The position numbers and the translations under genes were made by a program. A stretch of 64,000 bases of DNA, taken from NCBI GenBank assembly GCA_003427395.1, contig BFEA01000005.1:7700429-7764428 (forward strand), in the 5' to 3' direction. The number at the start of each line of letters is the position of its first letter. Positions within the stretch are counted from its first letter, which is position 1. Positions 35,242-47,715 of the stretch are shown here, piece after piece. The stretch comes from Chara braunii. Taxonomy: Eukaryota > Plantae > Charophyceae. Under the pieces are notes generated by a model that was not told where the DNA came from, did not search any database, and saw only the letters and a program-made list of their open reading frames with translations.

Positions 35242-35539
35242 GGACATGGCGCCCACTGCGATCACAGACGGGTTTTTGTTGCACATGCACCCCCCCCACG
35301 CTGTGAACATGAAAACAAATATAAAAAAAGTAAACTAAACAAAACTATTGCGTTGTGTAGTGTCTATGAGGCGACCCCATTTGCCAGGTCACTGTCAGCC
35401 GAAGCATCTGGGAGACGGTCACATGGGCGCGGATACCGTTTCAGTGGCGATCACGCCGACGTTAGAGGCATATGGCCGAGCGATGTTAACATCGCTTCTC
35501 GATCTCCAAAAGGGCATTGCACATCATCAGGTTCGCTTA

Positions 35540-37320
35540 GTCGGCCTTCTCCTAGTGTTCCTTCTGCACCTTCACCTCTCGCTCGAGAATGTCGCATTGC
35601 CTCATCAGAACTGAGCACTGCCTCTTGCTCACGCTGTCCACCGTCGTCGCCATCATCTTCCCATGCTTATCCATGACGTCGATGATTGCTTTGAAGGTCT
35701 GTTGTCTGACATTCTTCCTTTCGTCGCCCCTGCCAGCATTACCACCGCTGAACGTTGAATCCCTCACAGATCCCTGATCGTCGTCCTGTCCGTCCCCATA
35801 TCCCTCGCTAGCCACAGGTTCATTCTGACCACCACCTGGTCGGGCATCTGAACCTCTCCAGCCGCACCCGTGTTCGCAAGATTCGTCGGGTGGATAGTGT
35901 AATCGGCCTTCCACATCGCCTTCAACTCGGAATACACACGCTCATTCATCCGAAAGTCGAACACTTTCTCCTTCCTCTCCGCTGACGTTAGTGTGAAGGT
36001 ATTTTGCTTCCCGCATTCTCCCATGAATCTATGCACGGATTTGAACTGCTGATATAGGTTGTCCCATTTTTTTCCGCAGTATACTACCTTCCTGGTTGTC
36101 ACCCACGCCTTCACGAGCCTCTTCTCGACATCAGCCCACTTCCACACCTTCGACTTCATCCGTTCGCCGTTGTGCCCCAACCCGGCGAGATGCAAATCCT
36201 GGTCTCTTTTCGCCCGGACCAGAGCGATCATACGATCGACCGTCCAAAAATCCCTGCGTTTAGCTCCCTCGCCTGTGGACGTGTCATCCACAACCTTCTT
36301 GCCTGTTCGCCCCGCACGCTGTTCCTTGGACTTGTTTGTGGCCCGACACCCTCCCCGCTTCCTCTCAAGCGGACGAATCTCCATCTCGCAGTCGTCGTCT
36401 TCCCCGTTCTCATTGTCGCCATCGTTTGTCGCGCAATCTTCGCCCCCTCCGCCATCACAGTCCACGAATATATCACCGCCCCCGACGTTCATGTTCGTCA
36501 CCCCTCTCGTTATGTCGGACGTGTTAGACTGACGCGATTGTCGCTGATGATCGTCCCAAACCTGTCGACCCAGGACCTCTGTGGCGGTTCAATCATTGTC
36601 GTCCCGCCACCCGTCGACTGCAACAGTAGGCGTCTTCGATCGACAGGCCACCAATCCCGATGTCTTCGTCCTTGAAGCAACCACACTAGTACTGCTCCCC
36701 GCTCCCAGCTTTCACGAAACGATTCCACATTGGGCGGCCAACTCACGGTAACACCCGACGCACTCGTCCGGAAGCCCACCCCCCGTCATCTAAGGTCGTG
36801 TGTGGTTGCTGCCTAAAGCTGGGTTGGCGACAACGGTGTGCGTCGCGTCCTCAACACTCCCAGACCTCATACCGAAGTTCAGATCAACAAGTCCAGCGTC
36901 GTAGCTGGCCGGGGTCCGCCCCTCCAGAAGATCAATGTATGGCGGTGTTGGTGGCTGCCTGAACAGCTGGCTCCCCATCCAATCCTGCGTCGAATCACTG
37001 CCTGGGGGAACCGTTGACGATCTAGGGTTGTCAACGTCGTCGTCACTCGGAGGCAACGGAATCTTGTGGGACAGCAAGTGGCTGTATCGGGTCGTACCTG
37101 GCACCTTCCACACCGGTGTAACGAAGGCATGAAGATCCCTCCGCCACTGCCGACGTCGTGGTCTTCTTCTGGAGGTTGTCCATCTTCCTCGCCTTCTTCG
37201 ATATTCGCGGCGTCACTTTCTGTCCAGGAATGTGGCCGAGGAAGCAGATGTGGAAGACAACAACGACAAGCAGTAGCATAGCGACAAGGAGCAGCAAAGG
37301 CAGCCTGCAGTACAGGTCAG
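35540..37320 (-). pseudogene. Harbinger-associated Myb/SANT (trihelix) DNA-binding protein, disrupted
   Basis: FWTVDRMIALVRAK..WADVEKRL..CGKKWDNLYQQFK in ORF 35764-36501; convergent to the transposase. Confidence 0.85.
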
Positions 37321-37626
37321 CCATGGACGACAGGGCAGCGGACACAAAACACACACTTCCACTGTCGCATTCGCGACGAGTGGCAACATACTACTGGAGG
37401 AAGACGCCAACGAAGCAGATTTCTGCAAGGGGGGACCGGGGGCGAACGACTACAAATTCGTAAATTTGGCCGTTGGGGAGCCCGCCCGAATGCCGACACC
37501 CCTCTAGCATCCGTTCGAAGACGTCCGATGTTCGTCACGGCCCGGGCGAAAGGCCGCCCGAAGAACCAACAGGGCCGTCCCACAAATCGCCGGTAATGGT
37601 AAACTGAGGAGGCCATTGCAGGACAT

Positions 37627-38075
37627 TGTCCTGATTCTACCGCCCGACCCTTGACCGGTATCTCCCACCTGCTGAAGCAGGTATCACACCTCCTGGTGGG
37701 TGCAGCTCCCCATGTTCCCTGGTTGAACACGGTTGTGGCTGCTACTGGATTCCCCGTAGTATTATATAATGATAAGATAACCCGTAATATTATAATGATA
37801 AGATAATAAAGAAGGTCTGGAAGGTCATCCTGTTCACATTTGACAGGACCTGGTAATCATCAAACGATCGGCCCTAGTTAATTCAAGATTGTGGTATTTC
37901 AGTCATTTGAATTCAGTGAAGTTCGAACTCAGGTCTGTATGTCAACATTTCAATCATTTGAATTCAGTGGAGTTCGAACTCAGGTTCGTATGTCAACAGT
38001 TCAGGGGTGTACCGACTGCGCTAGGCTGGTTGGTGTGGGTTTTTTTGGGGCTTTTTTTACCATTTGTGGTCCATT
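37627..38075 (+). repeat. Direct repeat copy 2
   Basis: Homologous to 30773-31318. Confidence 0.85.
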
Positions 38076-39429
38076 GTGCGAGTAAGTCGGTTGGGGGAGA
38101 GTGCAAGAGCTGCCAGCAATGCACCTTCCATCCAGAACACTATGGGCAAAGCTCGATCGAACACATGGAGCCATGATACCAAATGTATACAAACTATTTC
38201 TCGAGTCGGGTGCAGCCAAAATGAGTGTGCGTGATTTGAAGGAGGATTGCAATTAGCCACACTACCTTTCTGTTTTTCCTTTTGGCTCACTGGATGGGGT
38301 GACGTCCCACTAGCAAAGAGGATAGGATTTAATGCCTGCATCTCAAAATGTTTGTGGGACAGTGCAAAAAAACGCGATTGAAATGCGTTTCCGGATATCT
38401 CCATAAAACACCTATAGATTCAGATGCGGTATCCAATTTTCTTTACTACCGGGCCCTGGTCCCACTGCACATCGTGTAGTTGTAGTTTTTGATTATGTGT
38501 GGTGTGTGCGAGCAACAGAGTCCGTGGATTGAATTTGTAATCAAAGACCTATTCTTCATCTCACCAAAATAAAGCAAAATGGTGGTCTAGCTAACGCCCC
38601 GATGTCATTGGACCTTCCGTTTCCCGTGGAAGCAACTTTAGTGTTCTTTCCTACCCTTAGTAAACCACCAGTACCTTTCTCATAGAGCCACGAGCCCAAA
38701 ATTGCCCTGCACGCCGCTAAAAAAAGTTTCACCTAGCTAACGCCATCGAGAACTTGGTATGTTCCTGATAACACACAACCTGGTTGGGTGGATCTTGTAC
38801 TTTCCCATTTGATGGAAGCTTAATTCAGGAACTGCAATAGGATAGAGTGATTTCATGTTATTGTTTTTGCTAATTATTGTTGTGCTCGCTTGGACATAGG
38901 GGGTAGTCCACGTTAGGGAAATGATGGGGGAAGTACTAAGGGCAGAACCGTCCTCTTCGACTCTACCCCCCCCTCCACCACCACACCATCTGACAAATCC
39001 CCAATCTCCAACATTAACCAAAGGGGATATACTCCGAATCAGGGACACGTTAAGTAAGTGCTAGCCTGATGGTATTCTTCCAAAAAAGTTAGCACCGAAT
39101 CAGGTGAACACTAGACATAATTACGTCTGCGTGGTTACCAACCCCGAGTTGTACAGGGTTCGAGTCCAATGGCTAAAAGAGCATACACTGACCATGTTTT
39201 TTGGGGACGATTCAACGTCCCTGCCTGTCGGAACCAAATGAAAATTGGGGAACTCGCAAATTCTATCACTCCTCCTCTGATGCATTGCTGGCAGCGTTCC
39301 CCAGAACTCGCAGATTCTATCACTCTGCGAAGCTGCGTTCCCCATAACTCACGTTCCCCAGACCTCGAACCCTCTGCGAAGCTCCGAAGCTCCGTTCCCC
39401 AGAACTCGCAGATTCTATCACTCCTCCTC

Positions 39430-42400
39430 AGATGCCTCCTGCCCCAATAAGCCAAGACAAAAGAAAGGAGGAAGGGAAAAGGACAAAAAAGGGAGGGACT
39501 ATCCACAAAAAGAAGAAAAAGGGAGGAGAGAAGGACAAGGAGAAGGGAAAGGGAAAGGAAAACGAGGAGAAAGATAAGAGGATAGAGGAGGAAAAGGGTA
39601 AAGAAGTGGGGAAGGCAGGAGGAGTGAGAAAGCAAAGGAGAAAGAGAAGAAAAGGAGCAAGGAAAAAGGGAAAGGGAAAGGGAAGAGAAAGGCTAAGTGA
39701 AAAAGGGAAGAGGGAGGAGAGAAACGTGTAGGCCACAAGAAAATCAGTACGGAAAATGACTCACGCCCACCCCCCCTCCCCCCCGCCTCCGCCTCAGGAG
39801 GAGGTTAGGGAAAAAGCGTATGGGCAAGAGAAGGAACAAGAGGAACAGGGGGAGAAAACGGAGCAACAGGTGAAATCATTTCCCGATACAGATGATGAGA
39901 TGGAAGTGGCAGAGAAACTCGTCAAAAAAGACAGAACCGTTGCACAAAACAATGACAAGGTTTTATTGATGGAAAAAACTAAAGTTTCAATCGAAAAATC
40001 TGATGAACCGCTAAGTGAAAAAGAAGGAAAAACCAATGCAGAACCCCGACCAAGACAAACTCATTGACCTTAGGGGCGACATTCAGGATTCAAGGAAGAA
40101 GGAAATGTGAGAAACAGAGGAGGCAGTCGAAGATATGGAAAACACAGGGGGCAAGGAAAAAGAAGGGTAAGATGAGGGGGAGGCGGAGGAACGTAAAACC
40201 AGACAAAAGGGAAGGGAAAATCCTCGGACAGATGCTTGGTCGAGAGAAGGGAGCCCAACCCCATGAGAGGAGAGTAACCTTAGAGGAGCACACCTTCGCT
40301 AAGGAGCATTGTGACCTGCAAGTCACACAAATTGACTAGAATTGGGCTCAACCTCTCTCACTAATTTTGACTTACTGATGACCTCCAAAAGATCCTCCCC
40401 TCTGGTGTGGAAAGCACGAAAGGGGTTGAGACCGAAGGGGATTCACCCTACGATAATCTAACATATTCCCCCTCGGTTCGTCCTTTTAAAGATGCCGATT
40501 GGGGGGACCAAAACCCACAAGTGGACGATGCTTGGGTCTGTTTGAATGACCGAGACTGGGAACAAGAGGAGGACGTCTCCCAAGACATCGATACCAGACA
40601 CACTCAACCTAAGAACTAGGGAAATAGTGCCAACGATGACGAGAAAGGCACATCCCATCAGATGGACCTGAACATCGTTCTGATGGGTCCACACTTGCCA
40701 AAAGGAAAAATCATTTGACGAAAAAAAAACAAAAAACAATTTGAGGCAGGGTCACCAGCCCGTACGTACAGAGGTCCCCGGCCAGACCTCCGTACATACG
40801 GACGTTCGGGGTCCCGTACGGGGTCCAAACCCAATAGCGTTTGGCCCCCGCCAAAAATTATTTCGGGGCCAAAAAATAATTATTTTTTTTTGAATTGTTT
40901 TTTGTGCGTTCTCTATGACGTGAGGTACATGCCTGTAAATGTTCAAGTCATTTGTCTAAGCCATATAAGAATTAAAAATCGCCAAAGACGCCCACGTATT
41001 TTTTCACTTTTTACTTTTTGTTTTCACTTTAGTTCGGGGTCTAAACAATTTTATTATTTTTTGAAACTTTTTTAGTGGGTTTTGTATTATGTGAAGTACA
41101 CATCTGTTAATTTTCAGGGCATTTAGCTATGACAAAAAAAAAAAAAAAATCGCCAAAGCTGGTGGTGTCGAAAACATGCTCGCGCACTCACTAAATTTAA
41201 TTCTCTTTTTATTTATATTTATTTTTATTATTAGTATCTGTTTTCCGTATTTTATTTTTATTTCAAATTTGGTAAGGAATTCGGATGTAATGCTCAGGCA
41301 ATTCTTATTTAATTTATTGTTCTCCATAACATATCGTTTTTTCAGATTTTTTTGATGACTTAGTTTTTTTTTTTTTTTTTTTTGGGTCCATGTTAGGCTT
41401 GAACGTCAGAAGGCATCCCCAAGGAGGCCCATACGTTCAGGCATTCGGGTTCGGGTGTTCGGCCCGTCCTGAACGCCGGTTACCCTGATTTGAGGGATAA
41501 AGAAGCCTGCGAATTTGAGTTTAAAGCCTTGTCACGGGATAGAGAAAATCTAACAAGTTCTACAACGAAAAAACAAAGTACAATTGAAAATCAAAGTGTG
41601 GCTAGGAGGAAGGATGTTATGGCTTGCTCTCTCTCAAAGCTAACAATGATGGAAAGATCCTCGAGGAAAAGGCCACAGACAAAGCTTTCACTATCTCTTG
41701 CAGTGCCTATAAAAGCGCTGACAAGAGCAGAGAAAAAAAAAAAACGCTAACCAAGGATATGTTGATCCCTTTTATCCTATGTGACTCTCCATGAGGTGTA
41801 ATGGTTCTTACCAAGTGCCTAAAAAATGATAATCTAGAACTTCCTGCAGTGGCAATCTTGAATCAGCTTTCGGAATCAAACACACGACTTGACAAGAAAT
41901 ACAATTTTGAACCACATGAGGACAATTTTCTCGGTCCCGGAACCAAAATCATATCGCTATACATATACGATCCTTTTCGAGAATTCCTTTCTTTTGCATA
42001 TTTTGTTTATGGGATTAAAATCAATTACAACATCCTTCGAGAGATTGTGTAACCTTAGAGTTCATTGGTTTCCTCTGGAGGATTTTAGATCATATAATCT
42101 TGAGTCTGTGGGTTGAGTCAGATTGACCTTTAGCCTAACTGGCAAGGAAATTGCAGACTACGTTAAATATGTAGATATGCATGAGAAACTCAAGTAAGAT
42201 ATGGTTTTGCAAAGCTTGCAGAGATGGAATCACCGTCACCAGTTAGTTGCTCAATAACTCTCCCCACCGGTGGGAGGGGATCTCAACCGAATTCAACATG
42301 TTAGCGATACGGACCTCCCTAATGGTCCTGCCTAATCGGATCCAAATAGTATCGTGGAACATACGTGGCCTTGGAGACGCCTCTAATAGGGGGAAAAAAC

Positions 42401-42885
42401 TGTATCAAAGGCAGTCCACATTTTAGGGCTATAAAAGATTAAACTATGTAGTGAAAAAATTGCGGAGATATCTAACAAGTGGAAGGAACCCCAATTTTGG
42501 GCCCCATCAGATGGTACCCGTGTCGGAACTGCAATTCTAATTCACAATGACTTGGACTATGAAATTTCAGATTCTTACTCAGACCCAGACGGTATATGGG
42601 TCTGGGCTAAAATCTTACTCGATACAGAAAACTGGACAATAATGTCAGTATATGCCCCAGGTGACTACACTGCAAAAATTCAATTCCTTGCCAACCTCCC
42701 AACCTTTATGCCCGACACATAAAATTCAATTCCTTGCCAACCTCCCAACCTTTATGCCCGACACATAAAATTTAATCATGCTTGGAGATCGAAACTTTAT
42801 TTTAATCATGGGTTAGATTCTTTAAATACTTTCTCAATCAGGGAAGACTCAAGAATATTGCTAGCCTTCAAAGACTTAAGCCTCT
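39430..42885 (+). mobile_element. Degenerate LINE (family C): ORF1 3' half and APE start
   Basis: MVLPNRIQIVSWNIRGLG at 42322, GTAILI and MSVYAP; ORF1 tail resembles family A; cut at 42885. Confidence 0.75.
40747..41487. mobile_element. Non-autonomous hAT-type element (741 bp)
   Basis: TIRs CAGGGTCACCAGC / GCCGGTTACCCTG, perfect 8-bp TSD ATTTGAGG and AT-rich core. Confidence 0.92.
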
Positions 42886-45494
42886 TGTCCCCGCGCCACT
42901 TAGAAACTGTCGAATGACCGGTAGGCCGCGATCGCAATTTTTTTGTCGCGCGACCTGTTTTTCACGGCCTACCGGGTCCCACCCCGATTTATCGTTTCAG
43001 ATGTGGGACCTGGTAGGCCGCGTGTTGAGGAAACCCGTCGTCACAACACAATGTCCATGTTCATGCATCCAGACATGGAAGTGACCTGCCCGACAGAAGA
43101 AAAAAACAAAAAAATCTAACAAAAACCTGAAAAGAAAAAAGTAATCCACTTTGTTTTGTATTTTTCTTTTATTTGTTTTCCGATTGTTTTCACTTTTATT
43201 TGTTAATTTTTTTCTTTTTGTATATATATATATTTTTTGAGTGGTCCATCCTCGTAGGGCGCCCCGTGCTTAGCCAAACGATCCACCGCGACCATTCACC
43301 TAACGCAAAATCCACCGCGACCATTCACTCTATAATGTTCCGAATCCCCAAGTTAGCATTTTACCTCGCTCGATTCTGTGAAGGAATGAGCGAGATACTA
43401 GTTTTTCATTCCCGCTCATCCTCTTTTCGTCCTCCTCGACTTCTCCGCGCACTAACTTCTCTCTCTTACTCCTATTCTACTAACTCACACGCCAAACAAA
43501 GCTCATCATTCACTTCGTCCGGCCCAAAAACTACTACTTCGCACTTCTCCCCGCACGATTTCGTCAAGAACCGAGCATGCTGTAACCTTTTACTCCCGCC
43601 ACAACCTCTTTTCACCAACATCTTTGTTGAATGTATCTGGCACGAATCCGCGCCACATTCATTCCTTTTCTTTCCTGCCCTTGTTATCCTCGTATTTCCC
43701 GTCTCTCTCTTTCCCCCTTTGCGTTTGAATGCACCTGGCCATCAGGTAAGTCTCAAACTTCACGCAGGACTTCACGCACGCAGATGAGTATGAGCACACT
43801 GAGCACTACAGTGGGCACGACTTGGTCGATGACGCTCCGAATGGCCACGATGATAGTGACCAAGTGACCTTGAAGACAACGATGATCAACCTGCTCGTGA
43901 CTAAGTGGCCCGCTCCGTCCCGCTGTAAACAACCAAGTAAAACCAGGATGTATCTTCCGCTGGAATACGGGCTGATGCATCCGACTAGGTTCACTTGCTT
44001 GGCGCCTGACTCCTCCACCTTGCACGCACTCCGTGACCCTCGAATCTGGCCCCGTCTTCAGTCTGGTACGTAATCCTCCTGACGCTCCATCCACGGTCTC
44101 TCTTTTTCCTTGTATCTTCTCCTTCGTCAATCCCCTGCCCTTCCGTCGTCTCTCCTTCCAACTTCACCCTCCCGATAGTCTGCGCTGCATTATCCTCTCG
44201 GAAGGCACTCACAATTAGTAATCGAAAAGAGAGATCGACCTCTCCATATATGCGAGTCAGCCTTGTGCAGGAGCCACGCTTGCCTTCTCTGTATCGTTCC
44301 AATTTTAACAGATGTCCCGAAGGAGTATGACAGGGCAGTGGCCCCGGGATGTCGCCCGCGGACTGACCGACCTTCGACAATTCAGAAAATTTTGGTCTTA
44401 CTCACCAAGTTCGTCATCCGGGTCCATACACGGTCTGTACTTCAACAGTTCATGGGTGTGCCCACTGAGCTAGGCTCTTGGGTTCATCGGTCGGTCCCGA
44501 CACCGGACCGTGCCCCAAAAAAATGAAATAATAAGAATAAAAGAATTAGAAAAAAAAAAAAAAAAATACAAAAAAAAGGGACTGATGAGGAAAAGGAAGG
44601 AGAGACCCATCGACACTCCCTCTGCCCTGCCAGTCGGGCCCGCGATCGGAACCGACTGCCAAAAGTCAAGGGGATTCCTGCAGGACCCTCAACCCCTTGA
44701 CGTTTTACTACCATGCTCCGCCGCTCCATCATCGCTTACAGCTGGCCTCAATCCCTTCATCTTCCTTGTATTAGTACGAAGTTGTAACCTATAGGGCTAG
44801 GCCCAAGCTTAGATATAGTAGGGGCGGCCTTAATTATAAAGACGTCTGTTTCAGGCCTAAGCCTGTCGGACCGTACTCAAGGCCGTATTTAGGCACACCG
44901 GCCATCTCGAAGGCTCCCATGTGTTGGCCCTTGCCGTATGAAGGGGCCGATTTTACCTGCCGCCGTCGTGCACCTCGTCTTTCTCGCCAGGTTACTTCCC
45001 CGAAAAAGCCACACTTTTACCACCTACGCGTCGGAAAAAAACCCTGACTTTTATAGTGTCGTCCGTGGCTTCTACCATTGACCAATATTGTGGTCAGCCT
45101 AGGAAGTTCCGCTCTTTTGCCTTTTACTGATCCTAGTGTCGCAACCAATAAGTCAATGGGTCTAAAGACTAGATCTTACCCCAAGTTGCCCAAATGCCGG
45201 TCTTGAACGTGAATCCGTTCCATGTGCGCTACAGCAGTTGTCTCACTAGTTCACGCTACTAGGCGCAGGCGCCGCTCTCATAACCAGATATCCACCCAAA
45301 TACTCGTGCGTGCCCTCAAAGTGCACGCCCACACACTCTCTAATCAGATCAAAAGTGCGTGCCATTTCCAACTTCCGAAAGTGGTTTATGGCCACACAAA
45401 AATGAAACACCTGCTCAAATATCGTCAAAAATGCACCATCTATGAGATGCAAAAATATGCCCAAATACCCTTGTAAGGGTATTCGGGCCGACAC

Positions 45495-47715
45495 TGCGCC
45501 CTCAAGAAGGCGGTGACATGTGTACCGGTTCTTCACCTACCCGATTTTGATCGCCTTTTCATCCTTACCACCGATGCGTCAGACTTTGTTGTAGGAGCAG
45601 TGCTTTCTCATATTTTTCCCTCCTCTCCTGATTCCTCTCATCCTCGCATCCCTCGGTTCCCACCCCCTACCCTTACCACTGCTTTCCGCTTGACGCCTAC
45701 TCGTACAACTACTAACGAGCCTTCGATTGACTATTCTCCTACCATCGCCGAGGACGGTACTGCCGAGTCTCGCTCAGGTGATTGTCCGATAGCCTTCTAC
45801 TCCCATCAGCTCCTGCCCGCCGAGATAAACTACACCGTTGATGAACGTGAGGTTCTCGCAGTAGTTTATGTCGCTCGGCACTGGCGTCGCTACCTGCACG
45901 GGGCACCATTCACGGCGCGCACGGATAACTTTGTTGTCCAGACTTTTCTTACAAAGCCGAAGCTCATTCCTCGATAGGCTCGCTGGTGGCGCGATCTATT
46001 CGAGTTTAGTTTCACCAATAAGCACATCAAAGATGAGACTAATCGGGTCACATATGCCTTATCCCTGCGCCCTGACCATGATCTGGAGCAGATCCAGCTT
46101 GCTGGCATCTCGGTCACCACCATCCACCATTCGGTGATCGACGAGTTTCGCACCCAGTACCACCACTGCCCCGACTATCGCGACATCTATACGACCCTTC
46201 GGAGTGGCAAGACCGTCCCGAACGACTCTCTTAGGGACAACAGTCTTGTGTACGGGCACGGTTCACAGGGCACCTGAGAACCCCATATTTGTGTTCCCTC
46301 CACTGGACAACTACGTGTCCGGGCAGTAGTAGAGCTCCATGACCAGGCAGCCGCCGGCCATATGGGCTTCCACAAGACGTTGACTTGTGTGAGCCGCTTG
46401 TACATCTAGTCGAATTGCAATGACTTTATGAAGGACTACGTCGTAGAGTGTCCCACCTGTGAGGAGGTGAACAGGTGGTTCGGCCTGTGCGTCTGGCCGA
46501 AGTGCAATGACTTTGTGAAAGACTACGTCGCAGAGTGTCCCACTTGTCAGGAGGTGAACAGTGCGAACCACCTGCCTTATGGTTTGCTCCAGCCTCTTTC
46601 TATCCTTCAGGGTTGTTGGCATTCCATCTCGATGGACTTCATCGGTACTGTTCGTCCTCCGACGCCCCGCGGTCATGATGCTATCCTGGTCGTCATCGAC
46701 CTCTTCACGAAGCGCGCACGCTTTGTTCCGTGCCGCTATGCCATCAGTGCACGTGAGGTCATTGACATTGTGTTTGACCGAGTCGTGCGTGACCACGACT
46801 TACCTCAGAGCATCATATCTGACCGTGACCCGCGCTTTACCCGCCGATTTTGGCGACGGCTCCACGAGGTGTACAGCACCCAGCTCCGCTTCTTCTCGTC
46901 TTACCATCCCCAGACTCATGGTTAGACCGAGATCACGAACAGGACTCTCGGAGATATTCTCCGAAAGATTGTTCGTGACGACCAGCAGTGGAATCTTCAT
47001 CTTGCCCACGCGGAGATAGCCTACAACCACGTCGTCTCGCCAGCCACGGGGATGTCGCCTTACTTTTGCGACCTCGGCTATCACCCTCGTGTTCTTGCAG
47101 ACTTCCTTCGATCGTCACAGATGCACCCCAACACGAGATAAACACACATGACGTCGATCACGAAGACCGCACATGAGCACATAGCTGCTTCCCAGACTCG
47201 CATGGCCGCACGTGAGAACCGATCGAGGATGGATCATCCATTGAAAGTTGGTGATGATGTGCTTATCGACGCCCGCCACTTACAACTCGAAGCGGACACG
47301 CTTCGCAAGTTCTGGCGTCGCTTCTTTGGCCCATGCCGCATTCTCCAGGCCGTCGGTTCTGATACGACATCTAGCCCAGTCAGCGTCCGTGTGAAGCTGC
47401 CCGACTACCTACGTCAGGCTCGTGTGCACGATGTCTACCACGTCTCGTTACTGCGTCCCTACCTCAGACCATCTCAACGTTTTGCTAGACGACCATATGA
47501 GCACCCTCCACCCATCATGGTGGATGACCACGAGGAGTTCCTCGTTTCAGACATTATTGGTCGTTGAGTCACTGACGACAACCCTCCCCATGTCGAGTAT
47601 CTCGTACGTTGGAAGGGTTACCCTGATGAGGAGGCTACNTGGGCGCCCCTCGAGCACTTTCAACACGCTCGCATGTTGGTGCGTGCCTATGACTGTGATC
47701 GTTGTGCTGGGTTGA
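45495..47715 (+). pseudogene. Gypsy (chromovirus-type) pol fragment: RNase H, integrase, chromodomain
   Basis: PVLHLPDFDRLFILTTDASD, PIAFYS, ISMDFI, ISDRDPRF, YHPQT, HDVYHVSLL and YLVRWKGY motifs. Confidence 0.93.
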
